A stretch of DNA of 64,000 bases, from positions 32,001 through 96,000 of the forward strand of contig JBEKFP010000003.1 in NCBI GenBank assembly GCA_050013255.1, written 5' to 3'. Shown here in pieces: positions 18,214 through 28,337 of this stretch. Position 1 is the first letter of the stretch, and each line of letters opens with the position of its first letter. Origin of the DNA: Candidatus Bathyarchaeia archaeon. GTDB lineage: Archaea; Thermoproteota; Bathyarchaeia; 40CM-2-53-6. The position numbers and the translations under genes are program-made. The notes beneath the pieces were generated by a model. That model had not been told where the DNA came from. It did no database searches and saw nothing but the letters and a program-made list of their open reading frames with translations.

Positions 18214-18390
18214 ATGAGCACCGCAGCGGCGCAGAATTCGGAAACCAAACCATTATGCAACATACCGTTATGCGGCAGGGAAGCTGATTGGCAGGTCGAA
18301 ATGTTCGGTAAACTCGAATATTATTGTGAGAGGCACCGGCCAGGCGTCCCCGAGAAATTCATGAACCGCCTCAAAATCCAAAGTTCCTAA
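18214..18390 (+). CDS. 58-aa Zn-finger microprotein (not in ORF track)
   Basis: MSTAAAQNSETKPLCNIPLCGREADWQVEMFGKLEYYCERHRP...; Cx4C..Cx2H; fills intergenic gap. Confidence 0.6.
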   Translation: MSTAAAQNSETKPLCNIPLCGREADWQVEMFGKLEYYCERHRPGVPEKFMNRLKIQSS

Positions 18391-18402
18391 TCCGTTTCCT
18401 GG

Positions 18403-19557
18403 TCAAAGTTTTTCGAGAAACGTATCGACTTCGCGGTCGGTGTTGTAAAAGTGTGGTGAGACCCTTAACGTGTTCACTCTAGGCGCGACAACAACGTGCT
18501 CCTGTAGAAGCTTCCTCGAAACTTGGGCCGCATTTTCGACTTCGAATGTAACGATTCCACTTCTGCGGCCTGCTTCCAGCGGGGAAGTGATCTTCTTTCC
18601 CTTCTTTTCCAGCCCCTCAACGAGTCGTTTGTTCAAGTGTTCTACGAGGGGCTCACGTTCTTGTGGGGTATACTTGAGGGTGAATTCCAACGCGGCCTTC
18701 GCGCCGATGACAGCTATGACTGCCCATGTTCCCCATTCGAATCGGGTGGCATCCTCCGCTGGGGTGACGCTACTAATATCGAAGGGACGTTCGAAAGTTT
18801 CTTGTTTGGAAAGAACCCTGGCCACGACGGAGTCGGAGATCCCGTGCCATCCAACTATCCCAGGGAGAAGCCGTTGCAGGGCTTTGCGGCTTACGTAGAG
18901 AAACGCTGTCCCATGTGGGCCCATCAACCACTTGTATGTCCCACAGGTAAGCACATCGACGCCCAGCTTGCGGACATCTACTGGTATGACTCCAACGGCG
19001 TGAAACGCGTCCACCAGCATTAGGGCGTCGTGAGAATGCGCGATCTGAGTAACCGCCCGTATGTCTTCTTTGCAGCCGTTTATCCAAGAGACATAATCAA
19101 GTGAGACTGCGACCGTCTTGTCATCGATCGCTTTCTCAAAGTCTGAGGTGGGGACTTGACCGTTCTTCGCCTTTAGGACTCTTACCTCAGAAAGCAAGCC
19201 CTTCTGCTTCAAGGCGTGCCAAAGGTACACGTTGGTGGGGAAATTCAATTCGCTCACAACAACGTTCTGTCCAGGCTTCAGGGGAAGGGCGTTGCCGATC
19301 GCTGCTAGGCCGGATGAAACGTTCGGAACGCAGGCGACCTCATCCAAAGTGGCATTGATGAGGCGGCCGAAGAGTTCGCGTGTTTTCACGATCTCTAGAA
19401 GCCAAGCTTCCCATTTTTCCCCATAATCTCTCCACTCATCCAGAAACGACCGCATAGCCGCGTGTACGCTTACGGGTGGGGGGCCCGCTCCCGCATTATC
19501 AAGGTACACGTTGCCGGCGAGCAACGGAATCTGTTGCCTAACCTCTTCCACATTCAA
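18403..19557 (-). CDS. Aminotransferase class V / cysteine desulfurase-like PLP enzyme
   Basis: YLDNAG, VDAFH, GTYKWLMGPHG, RVSPHFYNT. Confidence 0.9.
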   Translation of the reverse strand: MNVEEVRQQIPLLAGNVYLDNAGAGPPPVSVHAAMRSFLDEWRDYGEKWEAWLLEIVKTRELFGRLINATLDEVACVPNVSSGLAAIGNALPLKPGQNVVVSELNFPTNVYLWHALKQKGLLSEVRVLKAKNGQVPTSDFEKAIDDKTVAVSLDYVSWINGCKEDIRAVTQIAHSHDALMLVDAFHAVGVIPVDVRKLGVDVLTCGTYKWLMGPHGTAFLYVSRKALQRLLPGIVGWHGISDSVVARVLSKQETFERPFDISSVTPAEDATRFEWGTWAVIAVIGAKAALEFTLKYTPQEREPLVEHLNKRLVEGLEKKGKKITSPLEAGRRSGIVTFEVENAAQVSRKLLQEHVVVAPRVNTLRVSPHFYNTDREVDTFLEKL

Positions 19558-19638
19558 GACTAGGCCATCCCGCGGTCCACGTGGAGGTGGGGCCGGGTAT
19601 TAGAGCTTCCAGTAGGAAGTAGGCTGATGTGTTCAGCT

Positions 19639-20814
19639 TCAGTTCGAGTCAGTCTTTTTTGTTTCTTCTTCTGTTTTCTTCTTGGTGTGGTTGGGATGGG
19701 AAGTGTGGGTCTCTGAAGTTTTTGTCTTGGTCTCTGAAGTATGTTCTGCGCGGCCGCGGCCGACAACGGCGAAGGCGATGATTGCTGCAGCCACGAGTAT
19801 TGCGATTACTCCTGCAGCAATTGTCAGGTAGAGGACCGTGGAGTCTGTGCGCCACGAAGCAATAGCCGTCATAGGCCGATTCATTTGTACGCTGGTCGTT
19901 TGGCTGTTGGATTGAACGTCACCCTGCCAGCCATTGAAGACTATGCTGACGCCATAGGACGTGCTGATGGGTGTTGAAACGGAGATTTGGGCTGTGCTAC
20001 CTGCGTCGTACCAACCTTGCCCGTAGGGAACACCTTGGTCGCTCTGCACGGTGAGGTAGTACTGTTGCTTGTAATCCGCGGTCACACTGTGGGGCGCATT
20101 CATATTGACTGATAACGAAGAACCGGATTGGTTGCTTTGTCCGTCAACGCTCCATCCTTGGAATACGATTCTACTTGAACTGTCTCCGACGGGCTGGCTT
20201 GCGCTATTTAGCGTCGCGGTGTCGCCTGCGTTGTACCATCCTGCACCTTGAGGTACTGGTGCGCTTTGGGGTTGAGTTTGTACGCTGAGATAGTACTGCG
20301 ACTGGTAGACGGCGGTGACCTTCATCGCTCCATTCACAGTCACTGTCCCGCTGCTTCCGACACCGGAATAATCTCCGCCCCAATGGGAGAAGACATACCG
20401 CGTGTTCGCGGATGACTGAATGGTGGTTTGAGTAACTGAGAACGACGCTGAACTTCCTTGGTTGTATGTTCCGCCGCCAGTCACTGTTGCAAGATTGGCT
20501 GGATCAGTTGCGACGGTCAATGTGTACTGGGACGGGGTGTTATAGTAGCTGTAATAGTACGGGTAGCCATAGTCATAGCACCCGTAATTGCCATAGTAAT
20601 AATCATAGTACTGGCAGTTGTAGCTGTAAGAGTACGGGTAGTAGTAGTAGCTGTAAGAGTACGGGTACCAGGAATAGTCGTTGCAATGATGATGATGTGA
20701 CCCGCAATTAGGAGTATAAGCCGCTACTTGAGCTGCCTGCCCTGACAATAGAACAACAGCAGCAGCCAACACGAGAACCGCAAGGGCGAATTTAGGTAAG
20801 TAACTCGCTCGCAT
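19639..20814 (-). CDS. Cell-surface protein with Tyr-rich N-region and InlB B-repeat-like domains
   Basis: Signal peptide; repeats G.GWY.AG..A..F.GW; C-terminal TM. Confidence 0.8.
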   Translation of the reverse strand: MRASYLPKFALAVLVLAAAVVLLSGQAAQVAAYTPNCGSHHHHCNDYSWYPYSYSYYYYPYSYSYNCQYYDYYYGNYGCYDYGYPYYYSYYNTPSQYTLTVATDPANLATVTGGGTYNQGSSASFSVTQTTIQSSANTRYVFSHWGGDYSGVGSSGTVTVNGAMKVTAVYQSQYYLSVQTQPQSAPVPQGAGWYNAGDTATLNSASQPVGDSSSRIVFQGWSVDGQSNQSGSSLSVNMNAPHSVTADYKQQYYLTVQSDQGVPYGQGWYDAGSTAQISVSTPISTSYGVSIVFNGWQGDVQSNSQTTSVQMNRPMTAIASWRTDSTVLYLTIAAGVIAILVAAAIIAFAVVGRGRAEHTSETKTKTSETHTSHPNHTKKKTEEETKKTDSN

Positions 20815-21040
20815 TCTAATCCCATAGGAGAAGCGGGCTATCCCTATTTGGGGTTTACTGATTTGCTGCCCAACTACGAACTGTAGTACGCGTAGCGAAA
20901 AACAGCGAAACCCCCCTAACTCAGAGGATCACTACACTCTCTAGGGGGTACCTCCGAGCGTACGCGCCGCTAAACAGCGACTGTCGATACTTCAACTCCT
21001 TTTAAGTATGGGTAGTGGCCTCCTTGCTTTGGTGTTTTGC

Positions 21041-21271
21041 TTGGTTGTCAAGGCATACGTGTTGGTTCAAGCCCAGTTGGGGCGGGCTCGGTATGTTTCC
21101 AAAGCGGTAGCTAAGGTTCGGGGTGTGAAGATGGTTCATGCGGTAACCGGCATATATGACATCATCGCATACCTCGAAATGCGTGACATGAATACTCTCT
21201 CCGAATTAGTGATAAAGAAGATTCAATCCGTGAAGGGCGTTGAGCGTACTCACACGGCCATTGTCGTGTGA
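21041..21271 (+). CDS. Lrp/AsnC ligand-binding domain protein
   Basis: KAYVLV..VTGIYDII..GVERTHT. Confidence 0.9.
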   Translation: MVVKAYVLVQAQLGRARYVSKAVAKVRGVKMVHAVTGIYDIIAYLEMRDMNTLSELVIKKIQSVKGVERTHTAIVV

Positions 21272-21272
21272 G

Positions 21273-22085
21273 CTAATCACTACTTTCTTCAAATTCCTCG
21301 TATTCTCCGTTACTGTTCCAATTAGGCGAGGAATACTTCCGAGCGTATAAGCTCGTAAACCATCTCTCTTCATCAGCTCGCAGCCCATCTGGTTCCAGCT
21401 TTGCGCTTAGAATTTCTTGAGCAGATTCCGTGAGCTTTGACTGAACCTCTTCTACGCTTACCTTCCTTCCTACGGCTGCTTCCAGAGTGGTTACCGGATG
21501 CCATCGGCTGCGCACATAATGGGTCGTATGCTTCTGCCTGCTCGGAGCAAGAACCGATTCCAGAGTGTCAACATTAGTGGAAACCAAGAGTGAGCCATGC
21601 CAAAGTGCAAAACCTCTTCCAGAAGCAGCAGCTGCCCCCGAGATTTTTCTCTCTCCGAGCATAATTGAATTGGGCGCAAGAAAACTGCCTTTCAACCCGA
21701 AACTGCGAAGAGCATCGAGGACAATGGCGGATGCAGTTTCACTAAGCCTGGGTTGCGTGTGTCTTTCTCCTTGTTGAATAACGAGTGTGAGATTGAGGTT
21801 TCCTTCATCTTGGTAAACGGCGCCTCCGCCTGTAAATCGGCGAGCGATTTGGATGCCGCTTTGCTGGCAGAGAGAAGTGTCAACTTCTGTTGATGCCTTT
21901 TGAAATCGGCCGAGAATCACACTTTGTGGGTTAACCCACAGTCGTATCGTTGGTCTGAAGGTAGGAGAAAGCGCGCTGCGAGCCAATGCTTCCTCAATGG
22001 CTAAGTTCTGGAACACCGAGCCGTAGCTCTGTTCCAGCAGCCTCCAACGATCTGAAGCCGTTGGTCCACCTACCAGGGACGGCAT
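21273..22085 (-). CDS. lplA: Lipoate-protein ligase A family
   Basis: NLAIEEAL, RRFTGGGAVYQD, RKISGAA, HGSLL; start revised. Confidence 0.85.
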   Translation of the reverse strand: MPSLVGGPTASDRWRLLEQSYGSVFQNLAIEEALARSALSPTFRPTIRLWVNPQSVILGRFQKASTEVDTSLCQQSGIQIARRFTGGGAVYQDEGNLNLTLVIQQGERHTQPRLSETASAIVLDALRSFGLKGSFLAPNSIMLGERKISGAAAASGRGFALWHGSLLVSTNVDTLESVLAPSRQKHTTHYVRSRWHPVTTLEAAVGRKVSVEEVQSKLTESAQEILSAKLEPDGLRADEERWFTSLYARKYSSPNWNSNGEYEEFEESSD

Positions 22086-22837
22086 CGCGTTAGGATCCTT
22101 CTTGGAATGAAGGGGTCCAGCTTTCGGTTTCTTAGGATTTTTCCTAGCTTCGGAATCAGCCCTACTGCGTCGGTACCGAGCTTGCACACAATGGACTGCG
22201 TGATCAATGTCTCCGATTCTATAGTAACCGTGTCTCTCTCAATCCTCGATTTTTTCACGGCATTTTCAACTTCCTGGCGAAAACAGTCGGTAATTTGAAT
22301 GCGGTCTAAGCCGGTTGCAATCAAGGATGAAAACCGTTCGATTTGGGAGTCTGCAAGCCAACCCTCAACCGTTTGTGTGTTGGGTTCTAGTCTCGTGAGT
22401 CGAACCGTTGTTCGGCTGCCTGGGACAAGGCAATATTGGTGTATGATCTCGTCACTTCGTAGGGGTTGTCCGTCTCCGAGTTGTGCTCGGAGGGCGGCGA
22501 GTCCTATTTTGACGTTCATGGGCCTTGGTGTTTCAATGCCGATGTCGATCTCGAGGGAATTATCTGCCTCTCCGCTGACGATTCCTTGGTAAATTCCTTG
22601 CGCCTCTAGATTGGCGGCGTTTGTGTGGGCCTGGCCAAGGTCACGAGCTACTAGCTCCCTGAGAACGTCCGAATCTTCCCCTTCTAAGTCCAACCTTGCC
22701 CAACCCTTCCGCGTGAATCCATCAAGTTTGATGGAACCCCCCAGTTCACCCTTAACAGAACGGAGAGCTTTATCCAATTCCGACTGGAAATCTTTCGTGG
22801 TGAATTGGCCTGGTCTTTGCAGGATTATGAGTTTCAT
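22070..22837 (-). CDS. DUF2110 family protein
   Basis: CKLGTDAVGLIPKLG motif; conserved position next to tfe. Confidence 0.75.
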   Translation of the reverse strand: MKLIILQRPGQFTTKDFQSELDKALRSVKGELGGSIKLDGFTRKGWARLDLEGEDSDVLRELVARDLGQAHTNAANLEAQGIYQGIVSGEADNSLEIDIGIETPRPMNVKIGLAALRAQLGDGQPLRSDEIIHQYCLVPGSRTTVRLTRLEPNTQTVEGWLADSQIERFSSLIATGLDRIQITDCFRQEVENAVKKSRIERDTVTIESETLITQSIVCKLGTDAVGLIPKLGKILRNRKLDPFIPRRILTRCRPW

Positions 22838-22852
22838 TGGGGACAGCGTTTC

Positions 22853-23392
22853 TTATCTGCTGAGTTCAGCCTCCAGCCTTCCGATCTTCGATTCTAGGAC
22901 AATAACCATATCTGCGTTCTCGGAGCTTTCCAACTGGTTCCCGCATTTTGTGCACTTGAAAGAAGTCTCCATCGCATCTTCAAAGGTGACGCGGACGTCG
23001 CTGTCGGTCTTACATATGAAGAATGTGTGAGCTCGTTCGAAGTCAAGCCTTTGCTTTAACTTGTCCAACGCCCGTTTCTTCCGGCTTCGGATAAACGCAT
23101 CTAATTGGTCGGGCTGAAGCCTCCAATAGAAAATGAACCAACCAGTCTTCTCATCTCTCACGCGTGTGCATGAAACCAGGCCGTGGTCGTAAAGCTTGTA
23201 GAGAATTTTTCTAACCGTATTCAGCCTAACTTCTTTGTTGAAACGGGTCTTACAGTCATTGGTAATTATTTCATCAGTTCCCTCGCCGACTGCCTTTAGG
23301 CTGTTGACAACGGTAACAGCTTCCTCGCCTCCGAAGAGGTTTGCGACCTTAATGAGTTCCTCATCCAAGACTGACAATGACATGACCGCCAA
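22853..23392 (-). CDS. tfe: Transcription factor E (TFE alpha)
   Basis: LNTVRKILYKL, RDEKTGWFIFYW, FEDAME..FKC..CG. Confidence 0.95.
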   Translation of the reverse strand: MAVMSLSVLDEELIKVANLFGGEEAVTVVNSLKAVGEGTDEIITNDCKTRFNKEVRLNTVRKILYKLYDHGLVSCTRVRDEKTGWFIFYWRLQPDQLDAFIRSRKKRALDKLKQRLDFERAHTFFICKTDSDVRVTFEDAMETSFKCTKCGNQLESSENADMVIVLESKIGRLEAELSR

Positions 23393-23508
23393 GTGAATGT
23401 TTATGTTTCTAACGTTTTACTTCGCATTAACTCTTTGTCGCGGGCGTCTGACGCGTGGGCAACTTTTTATACGAACCTACCTCGTCTAGCGTTCGCGGGC
23501 CGTTTAAG

Positions 23509-23697
23509 ATGAAGGAAACGGTTGCCACCTTGGGCTTCATTCTGTTTTTCGTAGGCTCAATGATGGATATCGCGGGCTCAACCTCAGTAACACAAGGTGG
23601 AACCCCTGCAGCGCTTTATTTTAGAGTAGGCATAATCGAACTATTCGGGTCGATTATTTTTCTAGCCGGAATCTACCTCATTATAAAGACTCGGTAA
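23509..23697 (+). CDS. Small 2-TM membrane protein
   Basis: Two hydrophobic helices. Confidence 0.5.
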   Translation: MKETVATLGFILFFVGSMMDIAGSTSVTQGGTPAALYFRVGIIELFGSIIFLAGIYLIIKTR

Positions 23698-23708
23698 GTC
23701 GGGTCGAA

Positions 23709-24263
23709 ATGGCCACGAAGAGGTCTCGACGGAAATTCCGTGTGATGGTCCTCCGACTTGGACATAGAATTCCAAGAGACGCCAGAGTGACCACCCACGT
23801 GTGTTTGACCGCCCGCGCCCTGGGCGCGGATGGCATCTACATCTCCGATGTTCATGATAGGGAGCTTGTTGAAGGAGTAAACAGAGTCGTCGAAGGTTTC
23901 GGAGGACGCTTCATCATCGAGGCTGGGAAGCCATGGCGGTCAACCGTTAACGAGTGGCGGCGCATGGGCGGGAGGATTATCCATTTAACCGCTTACGGTA
24001 TGCCGCTACCTAAAGTCGTGGCGAAGATCAGGCGTTCTAATGCGGACAAATTGGTCATAGTTGGGGCAGAAAAAGTGCCTGGCGAAATTTACGGTTTAGC
24101 AGACTGGAACGTCGCGGTGACAAATCAACCGATTAGCGAAGTCAGTGCCTTGGGCATTTTCCTGGACTGGTTGTTCGGGCACCGTCGGCTTGAGGATCGG
24201 TACACAGACGCAAGGATTCAGATAATTCCCACTGCACATGGAAAAACTGTCGTTGGGAATTAG
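23709..24263 (+). CDS. tRNA (cytidine(56)-2'-O)-methyltransferase aTrm56
   Basis: LRLGHR..RD.RVTTHV.LTARALGA, VGAEKVP, VTNQP.SEV. Confidence 0.95.
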   Translation: MATKRSRRKFRVMVLRLGHRIPRDARVTTHVCLTARALGADGIYISDVHDRELVEGVNRVVEGFGGRFIIEAGKPWRSTVNEWRRMGGRIIHLTAYGMPLPKVVAKIRRSNADKLVIVGAEKVPGEIYGLADWNVAVTNQPISEVSALGIFLDWLFGHRRLEDRYTDARIQIIPTAHGKTVVGN

Positions 24264-24787
24264 GCGGCATCTGTAGGCTTCTGTTTTTCTTTCACCCTGA
24301 TTATGTCCCCAAGGGTGACCTCCGCGGGGGCAGCCATCTTCGGAGCAGGGATGGCTTTGCGTGGAACCAACAGCTTGATCCTAAGCTCATGCTCCAACTC
24401 TCTACACAACTTTGAGTCAGGGGCGATTTTGCCGGTCTCTATCTTCTGTATTACAGTCAGTCTTTCCTTAACTCGTTTGGCAAGTTCCTCTTGGGACAAT
24501 CCCATCTTCATGCGATGGCTCCTTACCAGGTTTGAGTAGTCCTCGGCAACGTCCGACTCTTCCATCCCCCTTGGCAATTCGGGTGCTCTTCGATGAATAG
24601 CCTTGGGCATTCGAAGCGTGCTGGGCGCGTATGGCCGCGTGGGAACGGATCGCTCTTCCTGGTATGGTTTGCCTAGATGCTGGCAACTTGAGCAAACAAG
24701 CATCTTTGCTCCTTCAACACGTACCCTGAAAGCAGGGCCAACAATCACCCTTCCGCAAATATCGCAGTTCAATAGGCCCGCTACCAC
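24260..24787 (-). CDS. Multiprotein bridging factor aMBF1 (Zn ribbon + HTH)
   Basis: CDICG..VEGAKMLVCSSC; LSQEELA..IETG; TLGD. Confidence 0.9.
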   Translation of the reverse strand: MVAGLLNCDICGRVIVGPAFRVRVEGAKMLVCSSCQHLGKPYQEERSVPTRPYAPSTLRMPKAIHRRAPELPRGMEESDVAEDYSNLVRSHRMKMGLSQEELAKRVKERLTVIQKIETGKIAPDSKLCRELEHELRIKLLVPRKAIPAPKMAAPAEVTLGDIIRVKEKQKPTDAA

Positions 24788-24848
24788 CGCCGGTTGCGCG
24801 AACTAGAAATTTAAATTGGCTTATTTATGTAACGTTAGACCAGAGAAC

Positions 24849-25364
24849 ATGGACCGTCCGACCTTAGCTGAGCTTCGCAAATTGGTGGGTGTAGCAAACT
24901 ACCAGTTCGGAGCGGGAGTAGGCTACGCCCTGTTCAATAATCAGGTTCGGATCGAACGCTCGAGGCGGACTGGAAGGATTCGACACATCTATCGAGATGC
25001 GCATTTGATCGCAACCCTGCGCCCTACGGACGGCTACCTCGCCTTAACCCCCAATGGCGCACACATCCTGTTATCAAAAATCAAGAACCTAAGAAACCTA
25101 GTCGTAGTCCAAACCGACGTCTCCGAGGTTGTTAGAGGTGGTGGGGACGTCTTTGCAAAACATGTTGCGCGTAGTGATTCGAGCATTAGACCAGCGGAAG
25201 AGGTTATCGTCACTGACGAGCAAGAAGCGTTGGTTGGAGTCGGAAGCGCTGTTCTGAGTGGGCATGAGATGATGAATCTTAGGAGGGGAGTTGCTGTGAA
25301 GCTGCGAAAAGGAGTTGACGAATCTTCCGAGAGCCAGGCGACCAAGGACTCAGGGTTCGACTAG
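24849..25364 (+). CDS. PUA domain protein (archaeosine TGT C-terminal-like)
   Basis: ANYQFG, SRRTGRIRHI, VFAKHV, RGVAVKLRKG. Confidence 0.85.
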   Translation: MDRPTLAELRKLVGVANYQFGAGVGYALFNNQVRIERSRRTGRIRHIYRDAHLIATLRPTDGYLALTPNGAHILLSKIKNLRNLVVVQTDVSEVVRGGGDVFAKHVARSDSSIRPAEEVIVTDEQEALVGVGSAVLSGHEMMNLRRGVAVKLRKGVDESSESQATKDSGFD

Positions 25365-28337
25365 CTTTCGCTTACGGGTATTGTACCGGACAATGAGGAC
25401 AACTGCAATCGAAAAAATTATCGCCAATAGAAATCCCGCAACGTTCGCAACATTGTAAGCTCCTTGCGTTGACCTCCACGTGGCAGTCATTTCCTTACTG
25501 GAATCCACCTTCACCTCAACAACTGGCGAGTTTGAGATCACATCGCCAATCCATCCCCGAAATTCATGCCCCGCTGTCTGGCTGGGAGTAACGCTCACTA
25601 TCACGGTTGAATTTGCATCATACCATCCTGTCCCGGTTGCGTAGCCATATGCGGAGGTCGCCTGTATGTGGAACTGTTGCGTGTAGTGGAATTGTTTTGA
25701 ACCCCCTGTTGAGAAAATCCAGGTTGGTTCCATCAATAAATATCGGCTTCCAGGTTGTGCCTGAATAAGGGAAGTTAGTTGGATAGTGTGGTTTCCGCCA
25801 CGCTGAAACTCATAGATTATAGTTCTCGCTTGATCCAGACTGACTTCTGAGGCCTCCTGCCCATCAAGTGATACATTTGTTTCCAGTGGTACACCAATGG
25901 AGTCTACCTCTACCCTAGCCGCGTAAACTTTCGCCGCATCAAGTGTCGAGTTCAATGCGTTCACCTTTCCCCATCCCCAGGTCGGCGAACCTGACTGACT
26001 GTTTATTTCCCCAGTAAACGCATCTTGCCTTGCGTCCTGAGTGAGAATATTTCTAATTTGATTGGGACTTAGGTAATGGTTCATTTGAAGCATGAGCGCA
26101 ATCACACCTGTTACATGCGCCGCCGAGAAACTTGTTCCTATAACTATCCGGTGATAGTCGTCGGGATCCGAGAAAAGTAGGCATGAGGTCCCACCACCAC
26201 ATTGCGGCTTGCTAGATGCTCTTGCTGCGGCTATGTTGGCGCTCGGTGCAACAATTTCAGGCTTTGTTCTGCCATCTCTTGTCGGGCCCATGGCGCTATC
26301 ATCAGTGATGCTACCAACGCTTGGAGCATATGAATCATGAATGATTCCGTGTACTAGGTAATTTTGTTGTTGGGAGTAGTCAACCCAGTGTTCGATGCAC
26401 ATAGTGCATCCCGACCACCAAAAGTACTTCGTCATGTAGCCTCCCACGGTTATGACACCTTTCGCCGTTCCTGGATAATCAATTGTGTCGGAAGGGTCGA
26501 GTTTGTATGGGCCGGTTAAGAGGGTAGGCGCTTCGAACACGCCGCTGTCACTTTCTCCCTCCGTCCATGCATCCCATTTTCCATCAATAGCACTTGACGC
26601 TGTTAGAGTGAAGTGCCAACGAAGTGAATTGACTGCTGCAACTGTGATAAACCATTCCTTGCCGCTGGAACGCTGGTCTGGGAGTATCGTGACGTTTCCA
26701 GATGGGGTGGTTACTCCGTATTCAGATGTTGGCCCTGAAACAACGGTGTCATCAGGTGTTGTCACTGTGATTTTGAGAACGTCACTGACTGGATACCAAA
26801 TGTCGATGTAATTCGGGCTGTTAATTGGGTTGTTTGTCCAAGTCACCACCGTTGATTCCCCGGCCGTAAGCGTCCCATCCACATGTTGGTTCGCGTTCCT
26901 CGAGTTTCCAGCCGAAACCACTATCGGTACTCCTTGTGATGCAAGGTCTGCAAATGCAGTCTCCAATGGTTCAGATCCGTCATGTGATCCCAGTGAATCA
27001 CCCAAGCTGAAATTCACCACAAATGGAAGGCCAAGCTCCCGAGCTTTTTTCATGATATAGTTGACACCGTCAAGTGCGGTCGCGTCTGTCCCTTCCGACA
27101 GACTCCCGCCTCGACCATTGGTCGGCGTCACTTTCACAGCTATAATCAGGGCCTCGGGGGCAACTCCCTTGTAGGGTGGGCTTGCTTGGATGCGCCGGAC
27201 CAATGCAGGTTTTCCCACATACGTGGCCTTAAGCCGAATCCAGTATTGGTCAGCGTTCCCGCCAACTGAATCTTTCGACCAATCCAATGGAGGGGTGAAG
27301 AAGATGGTTCCGCTTCGAGTGAGACGCAGCGTATCATTGTCGGAGAATCCCGGGCCAGTAAGTGCAAGGTCCCTGTTTTCGGGGAGTCGGGGAAGTGGCC
27401 CCCAGCTACCCATGCCCTGTGAATACTCCCATGTGAAACCCTCATACGCCCCCGCCGATTGTGTGTCGAAGAATAGTTGGTTGAATTTTTGCGAGTCTCC
27501 GAAGTAAAGGTAGTCAGAAGAGCTACTTAGGAGCGGGAATGGACCGCTAAGGCCTTGACATTGCGTGTGTTCGTCATGCCATCCTGATTCGTCATACAGT
27601 ATGCAGCTCTGAAGTTGCATCGCCGCTTGTCCAGTGCTGGCGGCCACTGCTGCCACAGCGGTCCCGTGGCCAGCAGGTAAGCTTTCAGAGCCGTCAAGTT
27701 CACCGCAAGTTTCCTGCTCAATCTGCTGCCTCGTGCATTCATTTCCGTAATCGAAACCGTCGGGAGGCTTACCTGCGCCAGTCTGGTCCCACAAGGACAT
27801 GATTTTGCTAGTTCCATTCGGAAAGAAGAAATCCTTGTGAGTGAGGTCTATCCCACTATCAACTATTCCAACTACGACCCCGGTTCCATTCACGAGGTTA
27901 CCGTTAGCATCTCGCACCGTGCTCCAAACCTGATCGGCAAGGATATCGGGAACGCTTTTGTCAAGGCTAGGGCTGAGCATTCGCGGGTATGAGATGTGGC
28001 TAACAAAATCAAGAGACGCAACTTGCGGAAGAACGCTCATGGGCAGACGCATGCTCGCCACATGGCCAGTGAACGTTTCCAATTTTCCGAACTCCGCTAG
28101 CTGTCTCATTTGCTCAGGCGAAGGGATATCGGAGAAAACAAGAAGAACACTAACGCGAGAATTCGTCTGGACCAAAGGTTCAGCGAGAAATACGCGCAGC
28201 CCAGGAGCGGCTTTGAGACGAAGTGATACCTGGGGGTCGAAAAAGTAGATCGCACCAACTGCTTGGATTAACGTGGAAATCGCCACGAGAATTAAGAGCG
28301 CAGCAACGGTTTTTCTCGCAACTCTCGCAGAAACCAC
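25350..28337 (-). CDS. S8 subtilase, membrane-anchored, with inserted domains
   Basis: Catalytic motifs IVDSG, HGTAVA, SAGN, GTSFSA; C-terminal TM. Confidence 0.9.
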   Translation of the reverse strand: MVSARVARKTVAALLILVAISTLIQAVGAIYFFDPQVSLRLKAAPGLRVFLAEPLVQTNSRVSVLLVFSDIPSPEQMRQLAEFGKLETFTGHVASMRLPMSVLPQVASLDFVSHISYPRMLSPSLDKSVPDILADQVWSTVRDANGNLVNGTGVVVGIVDSGIDLTHKDFFFPNGTSKIMSLWDQTGAGKPPDGFDYGNECTRQQIEQETCGELDGSESLPAGHGTAVAAVAASTGQAAMQLQSCILYDESGWHDEHTQCQGLSGPFPLLSSSSDYLYFGDSQKFNQLFFDTQSAGAYEGFTWEYSQGMGSWGPLPRLPENRDLALTGPGFSDNDTLRLTRSGTIFFTPPLDWSKDSVGGNADQYWIRLKATYVGKPALVRRIQASPPYKGVAPEALIIAVKVTPTNGRGGSLSEGTDATALDGVNYIMKKARELGLPFVVNFSLGDSLGSHDGSEPLETAFADLASQGVPIVVSAGNSRNANQHVDGTLTAGESTVVTWTNNPINSPNYIDIWYPVSDVLKITVTTPDDTVVSGPTSEYGVTTPSGNVTILPDQRSSGKEWFITVAAVNSLRWHFTLTASSAIDGKWDAWTEGESDSGVFEAPTLLTGPYKLDPSDTIDYPGTAKGVITVGGYMTKYFWWSGCTMCIEHWVDYSQQQNYLVHGIIHDSYAPSVGSITDDSAMGPTRDGRTKPEIVAPSANIAAARASSKPQCGGGTSCLLFSDPDDYHRIVIGTSFSAAHVTGVIALMLQMNHYLSPNQIRNILTQDARQDAFTGEINSQSGSPTWGWGKVNALNSTLDAAKVYAARVEVDSIGVPLETNVSLDGQEASEVSLDQARTIIYEFQRGGNHTIQLTSLIQAQPGSRYLLMEPTWIFSTGGSKQFHYTQQFHIQATSAYGYATGTGWYDANSTVIVSVTPSQTAGHEFRGWIGDVISNSPVVEVKVDSSKEMTATWRSTQGAYNVANVAGFLLAIIFSIAVVLIVRYNTRKRKLVEP

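Noticed and set aside
20886-20965. Nested hairpin (GTACGC/GCGTAC, CCCCCTA/TAGGGGG) as ncRNA
   Set aside because: Short stems in a divergent promoter region with no family motif.
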